NCBI GenBank assembly: GCA_963720565.1
Contig: CAVRFW010000003.1
Span: forward strand, 64,001-128,000
Source: Candidatus Bathyarchaeota archaeon
Lineage (GTDB): Archaea; Thermoproteota; Bathyarchaeia; Bathyarchaeales; Bathycorpusculaceae
DNA: 64,000 nucleotides
Direction: 5' to 3'
The position numbers were made by a program, and so were the translations under genes. Positions 12,393 through 23,163 of this stretch are shown here, piece after piece. The notes below the pieces were generated by a model. It had not been told where the DNA came from, searched no databases, and worked only from the letters and a program-made list of their open reading frames with translations. The stretch's first letter is position 1. The number at the start of each line of letters is the position of its first letter.

Positions 12393-12514
12393 GATACACT
12401 CGAATTCTCCTGAAGAGTCTTCAACATTTGTAAGAGTCCGGTTAGAAAGCTTATTTAAAGGGCAACATTATTTATAATCACAGTTTGACATTCTCATGCT
12501 TTAGAGATGAAATA

Positions 12515-13462
12515 ATGCCGCCAAGTCGAGTAGTTGTCACGGCTCCAGCAACAACCGCCAATATGGGTCCTGGATTCGACGTTTTCGGGCTTGCCTTAGA
12601 GCAACCTGAAGACAAGGTGACATTACTTCCGATTCCAAAGGGAATAGAAATAGAAATTGCGGGTCTCTGGTCAGCGAAGAAAACCTTAGCACCTGAAAAG
12701 AGTCCGCCGGAAATAGTTGCACGTCAAATCCTGAACGAGTTCTCATTGAAAACGGGTGTCAGGATAAGAATTGAAAAGGGCATCTTGCCAGGCATAGGTT
12801 TAGGCAGTAGCGCAGCCTCAGCAGCAGCTGTTGCCTATGGCTTGAACCGCCTATTCGATTTGAAACTCGACAACAGACATCTTATTCAGTTCGCTGCCAA
12901 GGGCGAAGTTGCCACAGCAGGCTTCGAACACGCTGACAATGTTTCAGCTGCTATTTGCGGAAACTTCGTCGTCATCAAGTCTTATAACCCCTTAGAAATA
13001 GTAAACCTAGAAGCTCCAGAAGACATGCAGGTATGCGTGGCTTATCCACACTTGGAAACTCCAGCGAACAAGACCGAGAAAGCTCGATTAGTAGTTCCTA
13101 AGCAGATTTCTATCGATAAGCTCGTTCACAATGTTGGCAGGGCAGCAGCCCTGGCAATTGGCTTCGCTACGGGTAACGTGGATCTAATCGGTAATTCGAT
13201 GTCGGATGCTGTTGTGGAACCCACACGTGTTTTTCTAATTCCAGGTTATGAGAAGGTTAGGAGCAACGCGCTGAAAGCTGGCGCGTGTGGTGTGGCAATC
13301 AGCGGAGCTGGACCTGCCATGATAGGCATAGTAAACAGAAAGAAAGCAGACGCAACCAAGGTTGCCCGCGCCATGAAGGAAGGCTTCGAATCTGTCGGTC
13401 TCGAAGCAACTGCATACAATACAAAGCCTGGAAAAGGTGTCCAACTAATGGAGATGAACTAA
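12515..13462 (+). CDS. thrB: Homoserine kinase
   Basis: PATTANMGPGFDVFG, GLGSSAAS, HADNV, ISGAGP. Confidence 0.96.
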   Translation: MPPSRVVVTAPATTANMGPGFDVFGLALEQPEDKVTLLPIPKGIEIEIAGLWSAKKTLAPEKSPPEIVARQILNEFSLKTGVRIRIEKGILPGIGLGSSAASAAAVAYGLNRLFDLKLDNRHLIQFAAKGEVATAGFEHADNVSAAICGNFVVIKSYNPLEIVNLEAPEDMQVCVAYPHLETPANKTEKARLVVPKQISIDKLVHNVGRAAALAIGFATGNVDLIGNSMSDAVVEPTRVFLIPGYEKVRSNALKAGACGVAISGAGPAMIGIVNRKKADATKVARAMKEGFESVGLEATAYNTKPGKGVQLMEMN

Positions 13463-14718
13463 TGGCACATCAAGAATGCATCAATTGTGGAAGAATCTAC
13501 CCTATAGATGAGATTGTCTATTTCTGTAAAGATTGCGGAGACCTACTCGAAGTAAAGTATTCTCATGGTGAACTTGAGAAAGCAGCTAAGAATAACAGGT
13601 GGCAAACCGTTCCGCTTTCGGTATGGAGATATAGAGATTTTATGCCCATCAGTGACCCCTCAAAAATAGTTTCTTTGAACGAGGGCGGAACTGGACTTCA
13701 TCTCTGCAAGAACTTGGGCGCAAAGTTGGGACTTAAACAACTCTATGTGAAAAATGAAGGCGAAAACCCAACAGGATCATTCAAGGATCGTGGTATGACC
13801 GTCGGCGTCACAAAAGCTTTGGAACTTGGTGTAAAAGCCGTTATCTGCGCGTCAACAGGTAACACTTCCGCTTCATTGGCTGCCTACGCTGCGAAAGCAG
13901 GACTGCAATGCGCTGTCTTAATTCCATCCGGCAAAATTGCATATGGGAAACTATCTCAGGCCATGATTTACGGCGCCAAGGTTCTACAAGTGCGTGGCAA
14001 CTTTGACCAAGCTCTGGATATTGTGCTAAGGCTATCCGAAAAACATGGTGGTATCTACTTGCTCAATTCGATTAACCCCTTCAGGATAGAGGGACAAAAG
14101 TCTTTGGGCTATGAAATCTGCAATCAACTGGGTCAAGAAGCGCCAGACCGCATCATTGTTCCAGTTGGCAATGCCGGCAATATCAGCGCAATTTGGAAGG
14201 GCTTTAAGGAATTTCACGCCCTTCGACTCGTAGAGGATTTGCCAATTATGACTGGAATTCAAGCAGCTGGTTCAGCGCCTATCGTGCAGGCATTCAAGAC
14301 TCGAAGCGACACGATAATTCCTGTTGACGAACCTGAAACCATTGCAACCGCTATCAGAATTGGAGCCCCTGTAAGCTGGAAAAAAGCACTGACTGCAATA
14401 CGCGAGTCACATGGGATCGCTGAAAAGGTGACGGATGCAGAAATTCTAGAAGCACAAAAGATGTTAGCGAGGACTGAGGGATTGTTTGTTGAACCCGCAA
14501 GTGCATCATCAATCGCTGGTCTGATAAAGTTGATAGACAACGAGGCAATATCAAAGGATGAGTGCATCGTGTGCGTTACCACGGGTCATGGACTTAAAGA
14601 CCCAGATACAGCGGTGAAAGTGAGCGAAAAACCCATAGAAGTTGATGCTGAAATCGAAGCTATCGAACAAGTTCTGGGTCTGAAGACCCCATTAACTGTG
14701 ACTGTTTCAAGGAGATAG
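13462..14718 (+). CDS. thrC: Threonine synthase
   Basis: N-terminal CxxC-CxxC; NPTGSFKDRG, ASTGNTSAS, PVGNAGN, TGHGLKD. Confidence 0.96.
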   Translation: MAHQECINCGRIYPIDEIVYFCKDCGDLLEVKYSHGELEKAAKNNRWQTVPLSVWRYRDFMPISDPSKIVSLNEGGTGLHLCKNLGAKLGLKQLYVKNEGENPTGSFKDRGMTVGVTKALELGVKAVICASTGNTSASLAAYAAKAGLQCAVLIPSGKIAYGKLSQAMIYGAKVLQVRGNFDQALDIVLRLSEKHGGIYLLNSINPFRIEGQKSLGYEICNQLGQEAPDRIIVPVGNAGNISAIWKGFKEFHALRLVEDLPIMTGIQAAGSAPIVQAFKTRSDTIIPVDEPETIATAIRIGAPVSWKKALTAIRESHGIAEKVTDAEILEAQKMLARTEGLFVEPASASSIAGLIKLIDNEAISKDECIVCVTTGHGLKDPDTAVKVSEKPIEVDAEIEAIEQVLGLKTPLTVTVSRR

Positions 14719-14720
14719 CC

Positions 14721-15744
14721 ATGCGAATAATCGTGGTCGGATATGGAGTCGTTGGTCAGGGTCTGACTAGCATCCTGCTCAAACGGCGTTCAGAAACTCT
14801 CAGAGACTACGGTCTAAACCCCAGAATAGTTGCAGTTGTTGATAAGGGTGGAGCGGTGGTGAACCCTAAGGGACTGGACATGGAAAGACTGCTATTTCTT
14901 AAGAAGAAAGGCACAGTTGCAGCAGATCCACATTTTGGGCGTCCCAACGTCTCTCCTTTGGAAATCATAGAATCTACAGAGGCTGAGGTTGTAGTCGAAG
15001 CTACTTCCACCAACGTGAAGAGTGGCGAACCTGGGCTGTCGCACATAAAAACAGCTTTCAAAACTAATAAACACGTTGTTACTACCAATAAAGGCCCTTT
15101 AGCCTTAGCACTGCCTGCCTTAACTGAGTTGGCCAACTACAATAAAGTGTACTTGAGATTTAGCGGCACTGTGGGTGGAGGGACTCCGATTCTAGAGTTT
15201 GCGAAGAAGTGCCTCGCAGGCGATAGAATAATTGCTGCACGGGGTGTACTTAAACGGTACTACAAACTACATTCTCACGGAAATGGCAGAGAATCACACA
15301 AGTTTCCAGCAAGCATTAGACAACGCCCAGAAACTCGGGTACGCTGAAACTAACCCTTCAATGGACGTTGATGGCACAGACTCTGCCTGCAAGGTTGTCA
15401 TAATGGCAAATTGGATATTGAACAAAAAGCTCACACTGAAAGACGTAAAAGTACAAGGAATCCGAGACGTTACCTCGCAGGATATTGAGGCAGCATCCAA
15501 GAAGGGGAATGTGATCAAGCTTGTTGGAGCCATAGATGCGGGCGCGTCGGTTGAACCGACAGAAATTTGTAAAGATGATCCTTTATGCGTCAGAGGTGTT
15601 CTGAACGCTGTTACCTTCGTGTCAGAGTTTGCAGGAGAAGAAACCATTGTCGGCAAAGGTGCAGGTGGCATGGAAACAGCGAGCGCCGTCTTAAGAGACT
15701 TAATAGACATAAGGCTAAGTATAGCTAACAAAGTGTTCACGTAA
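14721..15744 (+). CDS. hom: Homoserine dehydrogenase, with a frameshift near 15250
   Basis: GYGVVG, HVVTTNKGP, TVGGGTP, then LNGTTNYIL, GYAE.NP..DVDG.D and GAGG.ETASAV in the second ORF. Confidence 0.94.
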
Positions 15745-15762
15745 CAGTTCGGAGTTGAAAGC

Positions 15763-17173
15763 TTGAAAACAATAGTAATGAAATTCGGGGGAACATCAGT
15801 TGCTACTGGGGAAAGAATACGTAACGTCGCAGACTTGGTGGCAGATAGCTCCAAGAAAGGGTGCAAAATAGTTGTTGCAGTTTCGGCATTAGATGGCACA
15901 ACTGATGAACTCTTTGAAGCTGCTGAAGGAGCAAAGAAGGGAAACGAAACACTAGTCCGAGAGTTCAAACTTAAAATGCTAAGGAAACACTCGGAAGCTG
16001 CTTCGAAAGCCATACGGAACAATGAAATACGAAAAGAAGTTGAACAAACCATCGAAAAGACAATAGACGAACTGGAGAAAGTTCTAACAGGAATATGTTA
16101 CGTCGGCGAACTCACACCAAAATCAACGGACTACGTTTTGTCCTTCGGAGAAAGATTGTCAGCGCCGATTGTTTGTGGCGCTATCCGTAACTTAAAGTTG
16201 AAGGCTCAATGGTTCACAGGAAAGGAGGCAGGGATAGTAACTGACTCAAATTTCGGGGAAGCTAGCCCCCTGATGAATGTTACAGTACACCAGTTAAAAG
16301 AACGAATTGGACCCTTGCTCGAAAGAAACGTAATTCCTATTGTAACGGGTTACATAGCCGCGACTCAGGACGGGGTAGTAACGACAATAGGACGCGGAGG
16401 TTCAGACTACACGTCAACTATCTTAGGCGTTGCATTTGCAGCTGACGAAGTCTGGATATGGACAGATGTAGATGGAATAATGACTGCAGACCCTAAAATT
16501 ATCCCCTCAGCGAAGACGCTGCCAGAGCTATCCTATCAAGAAGCAGCAGAGATGGCTATTTTCGGGGCAAAAGCGATGCATCCGAGAGCATTAGAACCTG
16601 TCATCAAAGAAAAAATACCGGTTAGAATAAGAAATGTATTTCACCCTGAAAACCCGGGAACCCTAATCACAGAACAACCTAAGCACGAAATCAAAGGAAG
16701 CAGTGAAGGCAATAGCGCTGATTAGAGACGTAGCTATGATTAACATCAATGGAGCAAGCATGGTTGGCGCCCCAGGAAGTTACGCACAAGTCTTCGACGT
16801 GCTCGGAAAAAACAACATAAACATCATGATGATATCAACCGCAATTTCTGAATCTAACATTTCATTGGTTATACGTCGCGGCCTTTTGGCTAGAGCAATC
16901 AGCAACCTTGAGATTGCGCTGTTGGGTAGAGGGTTGGTTAACGAAGTAACGTCTGAAGATGATGTCTCTGTCGTAGCTGTAATGGGTGCCAATATGAAAG
17001 GCACATTGGGTGTAGCATCAAGAATATTCACAACTGTTGCACGGAAGAGTATCAACATTCGCATGATCGCTCAAGGCTCTTCTGAGCTTAACATTTCATT
17101 TGTGGTAAAGGAAAGAGACGGAGAAGCAGTTGCCAGAGCTATTCACGAAGAGTTCAAGCTGGACAAAATCTAA
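15763..17173 (+). CDS. lysC: Aspartate kinase with two ACT domains, with a frameshift near 16695
   Basis: MKFGGTSV, GRGGSDY, WTDVDG.MTADP; ACT domains in ORF 16703..17173 (MIAQGSSELNISFVV). Confidence 0.94.
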
Positions 17174-17221
17174 ATAGCCTATTCTTCCCCAAAACGTCTA
17201 ATTTATCAGAATACAGGGGTC

Positions 17222-18367
17222 TTATGCTTCCGAGATGTTTCCATTCTCTTTTCTGTTGTGCAGTTCAGAAAGCTTCAGGATTGTTTCCTTGTACACTTGG
17301 ATGCTAGCCAAATACTCATTTATGTCTATATGCTCGTCTATTCTATGGTCTAAATGCGAGTCTCCTGGCCCATAAGTCACTATTGGGATGTTCATTGCCC
17401 TGCCGAGGATGTTCATATCACCAGTCCCAGTTTTTCGCAATAGTGTGGCAGGCTTGTTTAGCACGCTTCTAACAGCTGCAGATAGTGCATGGACAAGGGT
17501 AGAGCTCTTGTTTACCTCCAAAGGCTCCACCGTATCATTTACCTCAGCCTTCACGGTAACCTTCGGGTTGTTCATTTGATACTCAGCAACTATTCTCTGT
17601 GTTTCCTCAAAAACTTGAACTGAAGTTAGTTGAGGAGGAATTCTAATATCAATATACATCTCACTTTCAAAAGGTATCACTGAATTTGCTCTTCCGCCAG
17701 CCACTCTAGTCAGGCAAGCAGTAACGGCGTTGAATGGGCTTTCAGAGTTTTCCTGATTACCTGGTCTTGGGTAAGAGTACGCGTTCTTAATGTTCTGCCA
17801 AAGTTCATACGACTTTTCAAGAGCATTCTCGTAAAGCCATGGCGTAGAAGAATGCCCCGTTTGCGTTTTCAAAGTTATCTTCAACTGAATTTGCCCCTTA
17901 TACCCTATAGTAATGTTTTCAACACCGCTGGGCTCGCCGAATATAGCGTAGTCAGCTTCTATTCCTTGAGTTATCAGGTGTCTTACTCCTCGGCTTGTGG
18001 CTTCTTCCTCAACAACGCTTGCAACCAAGATCTTGCCCTTAAATCCCGATTCTTTGCCAGCTGAAGCTGCGGCCATAACCATTGCTGCTAGGGGTCCCTT
18101 AGCATCTACAGCCCCTCGAGCGTAAATTTTGTCTTCTTCGACCCGAAGTGGAATTTGTCCTGCCACAGTATCCATGTGTCCGCATAACAGGATGACAGGC
18201 GGACCTTCTCCTACAACTCCGATTACGTTTCCAACTGCGTCTATTCCAACTTCAAACCCTAATTTCACCATCTCTTCAGCCAAGAAATTGGCTATGTATT
18301 CTTCTTTTCCTGAAGGACTGTATATGCCCAGCAGGTTAGTTAGAAAACGTACCGCTAGATCGCTCAT
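17222..18367 (-). CDS. lysK: [LysW]-lysine/ornithine hydrolase (M20 family)
   Basis: GHMDTV, ARGAVDAKGP, VEEE, GEPSG, KTGTGDMN, YGPGDS.LDH. Confidence 0.93.
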   Translation of the reverse strand: MSDLAVRFLTNLLGIYSPSGKEEYIANFLAEEMVKLGFEVGIDAVGNVIGVVGEGPPVILLCGHMDTVAGQIPLRVEEDKIYARGAVDAKGPLAAMVMAAASAGKESGFKGKILVASVVEEEATSRGVRHLITQGIEADYAIFGEPSGVENITIGYKGQIQLKITLKTQTGHSSTPWLYENALEKSYELWQNIKNAYSYPRPGNQENSESPFNAVTACLTRVAGGRANSVIPFESEMYIDIRIPPQLTSVQVFEETQRIVAEYQMNNPKVTVKAEVNDTVEPLEVNKSSTLVHALSAAVRSVLNKPATLLRKTGTGDMNILGRAMNIPIVTYGPGDSHLDHRIDEHIDINEYLASIQVYKETILKLSELHNRKENGNISEA

Positions 18368-19547
18368 TTTCCTCATTACCTATTACTTCATCCAGAACAT
18401 TAATCGCTCTGTCAATCTGCTCTTTTTCGGTCACTAAGGGCGGTAGAAACCGCAGAACAGTTCTTCCTGCGTCCAAGAATAGCACACCCCTTTCCATAGA
18501 TTTCAATATTATGTTAAGAACATCAAACTTGAGCTCTATGCCCAGCATCAAACCCAAGCCGCGAACTTCTTTAATGATTCTATGTTTAGCCTGCAAGTCT
18601 TCAAGCTGTGACTTGAAGTAATTGCCCAGCATTGCAGCTCTGTCCACAAGCTTTTCTTCCAGCAACACATCTATCGCCGCGCAACCTGCCGCACAGACTA
18701 TTGGACTTCCACTGAAAGTGGTCGAATGCTGTCCGACTTTCAATGATGACATTATATGCTCTTTAGCTACCGTTATGCCAATGGGCAAACCGCCTGCAAT
18801 TGGCTTAGCCAAGCACATTACGTCAGGAATAGTCTTCCAGTGTTCGCAAGCAAACATCTTTCCAGTTCGGCCGAAACCCGTTTGCACCTCATCAAAGATC
18901 AAGAGAATGTTCTTCTCATCACAGACCTCTCTTAGACCTTGGAGAAAATCGTCGGGCGGAACACGTATCCCACCTTCCCCTCTAATTGGCTCAACAAGAA
19001 CAGCAGCCGTTTTCTCTGTGATCGCCTCTCTTACTTTGTTGATGTTGTCAGGTGGAACATGTTTGAACTCTGGAATCAAGGGCAAGAAGGGTTCGCGATA
19101 TTTCTTATCCCAGGTTGCAGAAAGTGCACCCATGGTTTTCCCGTGGAATGCACCCATGAGAGAAATTATTTCGGGTTTACCTGTGAATTTGCGGGCTAGT
19201 TTTATGGCGCATTCAATGGACTCAGCGCCACTGTTGGAAAGAAAGGACTTGTCCAAGTCTTTCGGTGTTATCCCCGCCAGTTTTTGCAGGAATTCCGTAC
19301 GAACGTCGTTGTAGAATCCAGCGTGGCAAGAGATCAGCCTTTCCGCCTGTCTGCAGACTGCTTCTACTATTTTCGGGTGGGAATGACCCAGCAAGGCGAC
19401 GCCGTAGCTACTGGTGAAATCCAAGTATTCTTTGCCGTTTATGTCCCAGACGATTGCGCCTTTGCCTTTGTTTAGCACCAAAGGTTTCTTGGCGAAGACG
19501 TTAGCCATAAGCCTATTTTCTGTTTCGATAATTTCTTGTTCATTCAC
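18336..19547 (-). CDS. lysJ: [LysW]-aminoadipate/glutamate semialdehyde aminotransferase
   Basis: NSGAES.E.A.K, FHGKTMG, DEVQTGFGRTG; lies in the lysW operon. Confidence 0.92.
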   Translation of the reverse strand: MNEQEIIETENRLMANVFAKKPLVLNKGKGAIVWDINGKEYLDFTSSYGVALLGHSHPKIVEAVCRQAERLISCHAGFYNDVRTEFLQKLAGITPKDLDKSFLSNSGAESIECAIKLARKFTGKPEIISLMGAFHGKTMGALSATWDKKYREPFLPLIPEFKHVPPDNINKVREAITEKTAAVLVEPIRGEGGIRVPPDDFLQGLREVCDEKNILLIFDEVQTGFGRTGKMFACEHWKTIPDVMCLAKPIAGGLPIGITVAKEHIMSSLKVGQHSTTFSGSPIVCAAGCAAIDVLLEEKLVDRAAMLGNYFKSQLEDLQAKHRIIKEVRGLGLMLGIELKFDVLNIILKSMERGVLFLDAGRTVLRFLPPLVTEKEQIDRAINVLDEVIGNEENERSSGTFSN

Positions 19548-20349
19548 GACTAATCACGGTTCCACACTCATGTTTTAACGCGGAAGAGACAGGCAGTTTC
19601 CCGCTACCAGAAGTGATCAGGACTTCTTTGACGCCTTTGTTTAGCGCTTCCAATGCAGCGTGGACCTTCGTGCTCATTCCCTGACCGATGCTGTTAAGGA
19701 GCTCTTTTACTTCTGCGGCTGTCACTTTTGCAACTGGTTTGCCTTTAAGAATCAAACCCTGTACGTCCGTAAGCAAAACTAGCCGATCTGCCTTCAAAGC
19801 GCCTGCGATGAAAGCTGCTGTTCTGTCACCATCTACATTCAACGGTTCAAACTCTTTGCTTACCGCTATAGGTGTAACCACAGGCACGTAACCTTTCTCG
19901 AGCAGAAACTGGAGCAATTCAGCATTAGCTTTTTCCAACTTTCCAGTATATCCTCCGTCAATCACCTTTTTACGTCCGCGCTCATCTACAACTATCAGTC
20001 TTTGTTTTCGTTCCGCTTCTAAGAGCAAACCGTCCAGCCCGGACAAACCTATTGTCCGAATACCTTGGCTCTGGAGAGCCAGGACTATTTGTTTGTTAAT
20101 TTTGCCCGCCATGACCATGGTGTAAATCTCAATTGTCTCTTTGTCGGTGTAGCGACTTCTGAAGCCTTCAGGTGATATGACAAATTTTTGTTCTTTTCCG
20201 AGTTTGGAGGCTATTTCGGTAACTTCAACTCCGCCTCCGTGGACTAGAACGATTTGGTTGTCTTTTGCCAATTCCTCTAAATCGGCAACTATTTCTGACG
20301 AAGCTCCTTCTCTGAGTATGCTTCCGCCTATTTTTACTACGTACAACAT
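19540..20349 (-). CDS. lysZ: [LysW]-aminoadipate/glutamate kinase
   Basis: VKIGGS, VHGGG, SPEG..SRYTD, GGYTGK, LNVDGDR. Confidence 0.94.
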   Translation of the reverse strand: MLYVVKIGGSILREGASSEIVADLEELAKDNQIVLVHGGGVEVTEIASKLGKEQKFVISPEGFRSRYTDKETIEIYTMVMAGKINKQIVLALQSQGIRTIGLSGLDGLLLEAERKQRLIVVDERGRKKVIDGGYTGKLEKANAELLQFLLEKGYVPVVTPIAVSKEFEPLNVDGDRTAAFIAGALKADRLVLLTDVQGLILKGKPVAKVTAAEVKELLNSIGQGMSTKVHAALEALNKGVKEVLITSGSGKLPVSSALKHECGTVISRE

Positions 20350-20355
20350 GTATAG

Positions 20356-21411
20356 TCACATCGGATGGAAGCCTGTACTTTTTATGCCTGTCGTTTCTTC
20401 TATTCCCATCATTATGTTTAGGCACTGGACGCCTTGTCCTGATGCGCCCTTAACCATGTTGTCAATGGCTGAGAACAGCAGAAGTCTGTTTGCGTGAGGA
20501 TCTATTTCAAAGCCAATGTCGCAGAAATTGGTGCCCAAGGTGATTTTCGGGTCAGGAAGCTGATATGTTCCTTTCAGGTATTTAACGAAGCGAATAAACG
20601 GCTCGTTTTCGTATTGTGACCGGAGTGTCTTCCATATATCTTTGGTTGCTAACGGTGCTTTTGGAAATACGTGAATAGTGGCTAATATGCCTCGAATCAT
20701 GTTGACTGCATGTGGCGTAAACGAAATTGTAACTGGTTCACTTGACAGGTTGTTGAGTTCTTGTTCTATTTCTGCTATGTGTCGATGTCCTGCAACTTTG
20801 TATGGTCTAACACCGCCAAACCGTTCTGGATGATGTGATGCAATCGTGGGTTTGCTGCCTGCTCCTGAAGAACCAACTTTCAAGTCAGCGATAATGTGAT
20901 TGTTCTCAACCAAACCAGCTCTCACGAAGGGGGCCAGTGCAAGTATAGTAGCAGTTGCCATGCACCCGGGACAAGCTACAAGTCGTGCTTTCTTTATCTC
21001 TTCACGGTGGAGTTCTGGCAAACCATATGCTGCTTCTTTAAGCAACTCTGGGTTCGTATGCGTCCATCCATACCATTTATCGTATGCGCCGGGTTCTTTC
21101 AGACGGAAGTCTGCACTCATGTCAATGACTTTTATTCCTGTCTCCAAGAGTCTCGGGACCAAATTCATTGATCCTCCGTGAGGTGTTGCCGTGAATACGA
21201 GGTCACAGTTGTTTTGGATTTCGGCAATGCTCAGGGGAACGAATTTTAGTTGGGTGATTCCGCGGAGATTCGGATGGACGTTAAAAACGTATTCTCCTGC
21301 GGTCTGACGTGATGTAACCATGGTCACCTCTACTTGCGGATGGAGTAACAACAGACGCAGGATTTCGCTTCCGACGTAACCTGTACCGCCGACGATTCCA
21401 ATTCTGAACAT
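20356..21411 (-). CDS. lysY: [LysW]-aminoadipate/glutamate phosphate reductase
   Basis: GGTGYVG, DMSADFRL, YGLPELHR, CPGC, HRH.AEI.QEL, DNMVKGASGQ. Confidence 0.94.
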   Translation of the reverse strand: MFRIGIVGGTGYVGSEILRLLLLHPQVEVTMVTSRQTAGEYVFNVHPNLRGITQLKFVPLSIAEIQNNCDLVFTATPHGGSMNLVPRLLETGIKVIDMSADFRLKEPGAYDKWYGWTHTNPELLKEAAYGLPELHREEIKKARLVACPGCMATATILALAPFVRAGLVENNHIIADLKVGSSGAGSKPTIASHHPERFGGVRPYKVAGHRHIAEIEQELNNLSSEPVTISFTPHAVNMIRGILATIHVFPKAPLATKDIWKTLRSQYENEPFIRFVKYLKGTYQLPDPKITLGTNFCDIGFEIDPHANRLLLFSAIDNMVKGASGQGVQCLNIMMGIEETTGIKSTGFHPM

Positions 21412-21432
21412 TCTTTCACCTTATTACTTTGA

Positions 21433-22611
21433 TTAGACCAAGCTTTCGGCTCCTCTTAAGAGCGGAACAGCCAAGTTGATCCCTGCAATTAATCGGGTAT
21501 GTTCCCAGAACTCTGGGCAGGAATTTGCTTCGTGGAAGACTATGAACTGTTTGTCTTTTTCCACGCTTTCCTCGATTATGTTCTTAACGTTATTATAAGG
21601 TTCTGTACTCATGTAGTCGTGGAACGTAGCTTCCAACTCTTTGTTCCAGCTTTGAAAGTCGCTTAGTCGTTTTTCATCTGTTTTGACCTTTCTAGGTTTT
21701 TCAAATGCTATACTTGCCTTGTCAAGTTCTGATTTCAGATAATCATCATCCGCGATTCTGTCTTCACCAACATCAATCATTGCATCAAGGGCGAACAACC
21801 AGGCATCGTGTTCTTTGCCCATGGCATTGCCACATTTCACCGCTTTCTCCCTAACTTGAAGGGGCAATTTTGAGTCAAAAACTAGATTGCCTAAATAAGT
21901 GTTAGTTCGGAAATCTTTGAGACCAGCTCTCGCCAAAGCTACTGGATGGCAGACTGGTGCTTTTCCCTTTTCTTTGTAAACTATTATTCTCAAATCGTAA
22001 AACCATTTCTGTATGAGTTCTTGGGCTACAACGCCTATAGGATTTATGATTGACGGTTTTGTTTCTCGAATGTTGACGACAATTTCTTGACGGTTTTTGG
22101 CCAGCATTATCTGCTTTCCGTGGGTACCAGCATCAGGTTTGATTATTATGCCATCTCCAGGAGCGATTTCCTCTTGAAACAGGTCAGCTATATCTTCTTC
22201 GTTGCGGATTTCCTTTCCATTCTTTGTGATATCGACAGAGTCACAGGGAACAAAAACTGTTTTAGGGATGGGAATGTCATGCGTCCAGAAATGTAGCAGG
22301 GTTCTAAATTTGCTGTAGCAGATGAATTCGATTTGGCTGTTGTTTATGGTTTTTTTGCCGAGCATTTCCATAAGATATGCAGCCATTAGTCTACGATTTT
22401 TGCTCTGTGCCCGGTTCAAAACAACTGCTGTGTCTTTTATTGCATTGGTGTAATCTCTGCCTCTAGTTCTAGCTGTGAACCCTTTCTTGCTGATTGAGAA
22501 AGCGATTTTTCGGAATGGAATGAATTTTAGGTCTAGGCCAAGTTTTTCAGCAGTGAGTTTTATGCCCATTTCGTCCGTTTCTGAGCGTTCATAAAGGAGT
22601 GCAATGCTCAT
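21433..22611 (-). CDS. lysX: LysX/ArgX-like ATP-grasp LysW ligase, long and divergent
   Basis: IKPDAGTHG, QELI, DLRI, FRTN, HEANSCPEF ATP-grasp motifs; lies between lysW and lysY. Confidence 0.8.
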   Translation of the reverse strand: MSIALLYERSETDEMGIKLTAEKLGLDLKFIPFRKIAFSISKKGFTARTRGRDYTNAIKDTAVVLNRAQSKNRRLMAAYLMEMLGKKTINNSQIEFICYSKFRTLLHFWTHDIPIPKTVFVPCDSVDITKNGKEIRNEEDIADLFQEEIAPGDGIIIKPDAGTHGKQIMLAKNRQEIVVNIRETKPSIINPIGVVAQELIQKWFYDLRIIVYKEKGKAPVCHPVALARAGLKDFRTNTYLGNLVFDSKLPLQVREKAVKCGNAMGKEHDAWLFALDAMIDVGEDRIADDDYLKSELDKASIAFEKPRKVKTDEKRLSDFQSWNKELEATFHDYMSTEPYNNVKNIIEESVEKDKQFIVFHEANSCPEFWEHTRLIAGINLAVPLLRGAESLV

Positions 22612-22689
22612 CAGTTTCGTTCATCCTGCAAAAACTAAACTAAAGAAATTTGGCGGTGTTTTCATGATTACATAGAAGAAATTAGTGGG

Positions 22690-22911
22690 TTATTCGCCCC
22701 AGTCTTCTCCCTCTATGGTTAATTCTTGGAGATTAATGCATCCGCCGTTTACCTGCTTGACTTCGAGTTCGAGTCCGCAGCCTGGACAGCTTAGGATTTC
22801 TCCTTTTTCAGTGTCCACTGGCACGTCGAGTTCGGCGTCGCAGTCGGGACATTTAGCTTTGTTCGTTATCTTCACCTCTTGAGGTTCTACTGTTGCAGTC
22901 TGGTTAATCAT
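22690..22911 (-). CDS. lysW: Amino-group carrier protein LysW
   Basis: CPDC...CPGC zinc ribbon and C-terminal EDWGE signature. Confidence 0.96.
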   Translation of the reverse strand: MINQTATVEPQEVKITNKAKCPDCDAELDVPVDTEKGEILSCPGCGLELEVKQVNGGCINLQELTIEGEDWGE

Positions 22912-22962
22912 TTGATTACCACATTTTGTTGTTGGAAATGTCTCTTTCATTAAGTCGTCTTT

Positions 22963-22990
22963 CTTTTAAACATTGCGACTTGTATGTAAC
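22963..22990 (-). promoter_or_regulatory. TATA box with abutting GTNAC-N6-GTNAC-like motif upstream of lysW
   Basis: Minus strand reads GTTACATACAAGTCGCAATG-TTTAAAAG; matches the argG element. Confidence 0.6.
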
Positions 22991-23163
22991 ATCTAAGGCT
23001 GTTGTTGTTCCATTTAGAACAGAAATATCTCATCGACTCGCTGAGAGTCTCCGAAAACTAGTCCTTCAAAGAACAAGGAACAGCGGAAATCGTAATACCT
23101 ATCCAAGTCATTTTCCGAAATCGTTAAATTTTTATCCAACCAAATGCAAGCGAGGAACCAAAT

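Noticed and set aside
15294..19314. Long antisense ORFs (15294..16052, 18622..19314 and similar elsewhere)
   Set aside because: They are shadow frames opposite well-supported genes.
23080..23126. Repeated GAAATCGT upstream of lysM as LysM boxes
   Set aside because: Two short 8-mers give too little information to call a site.
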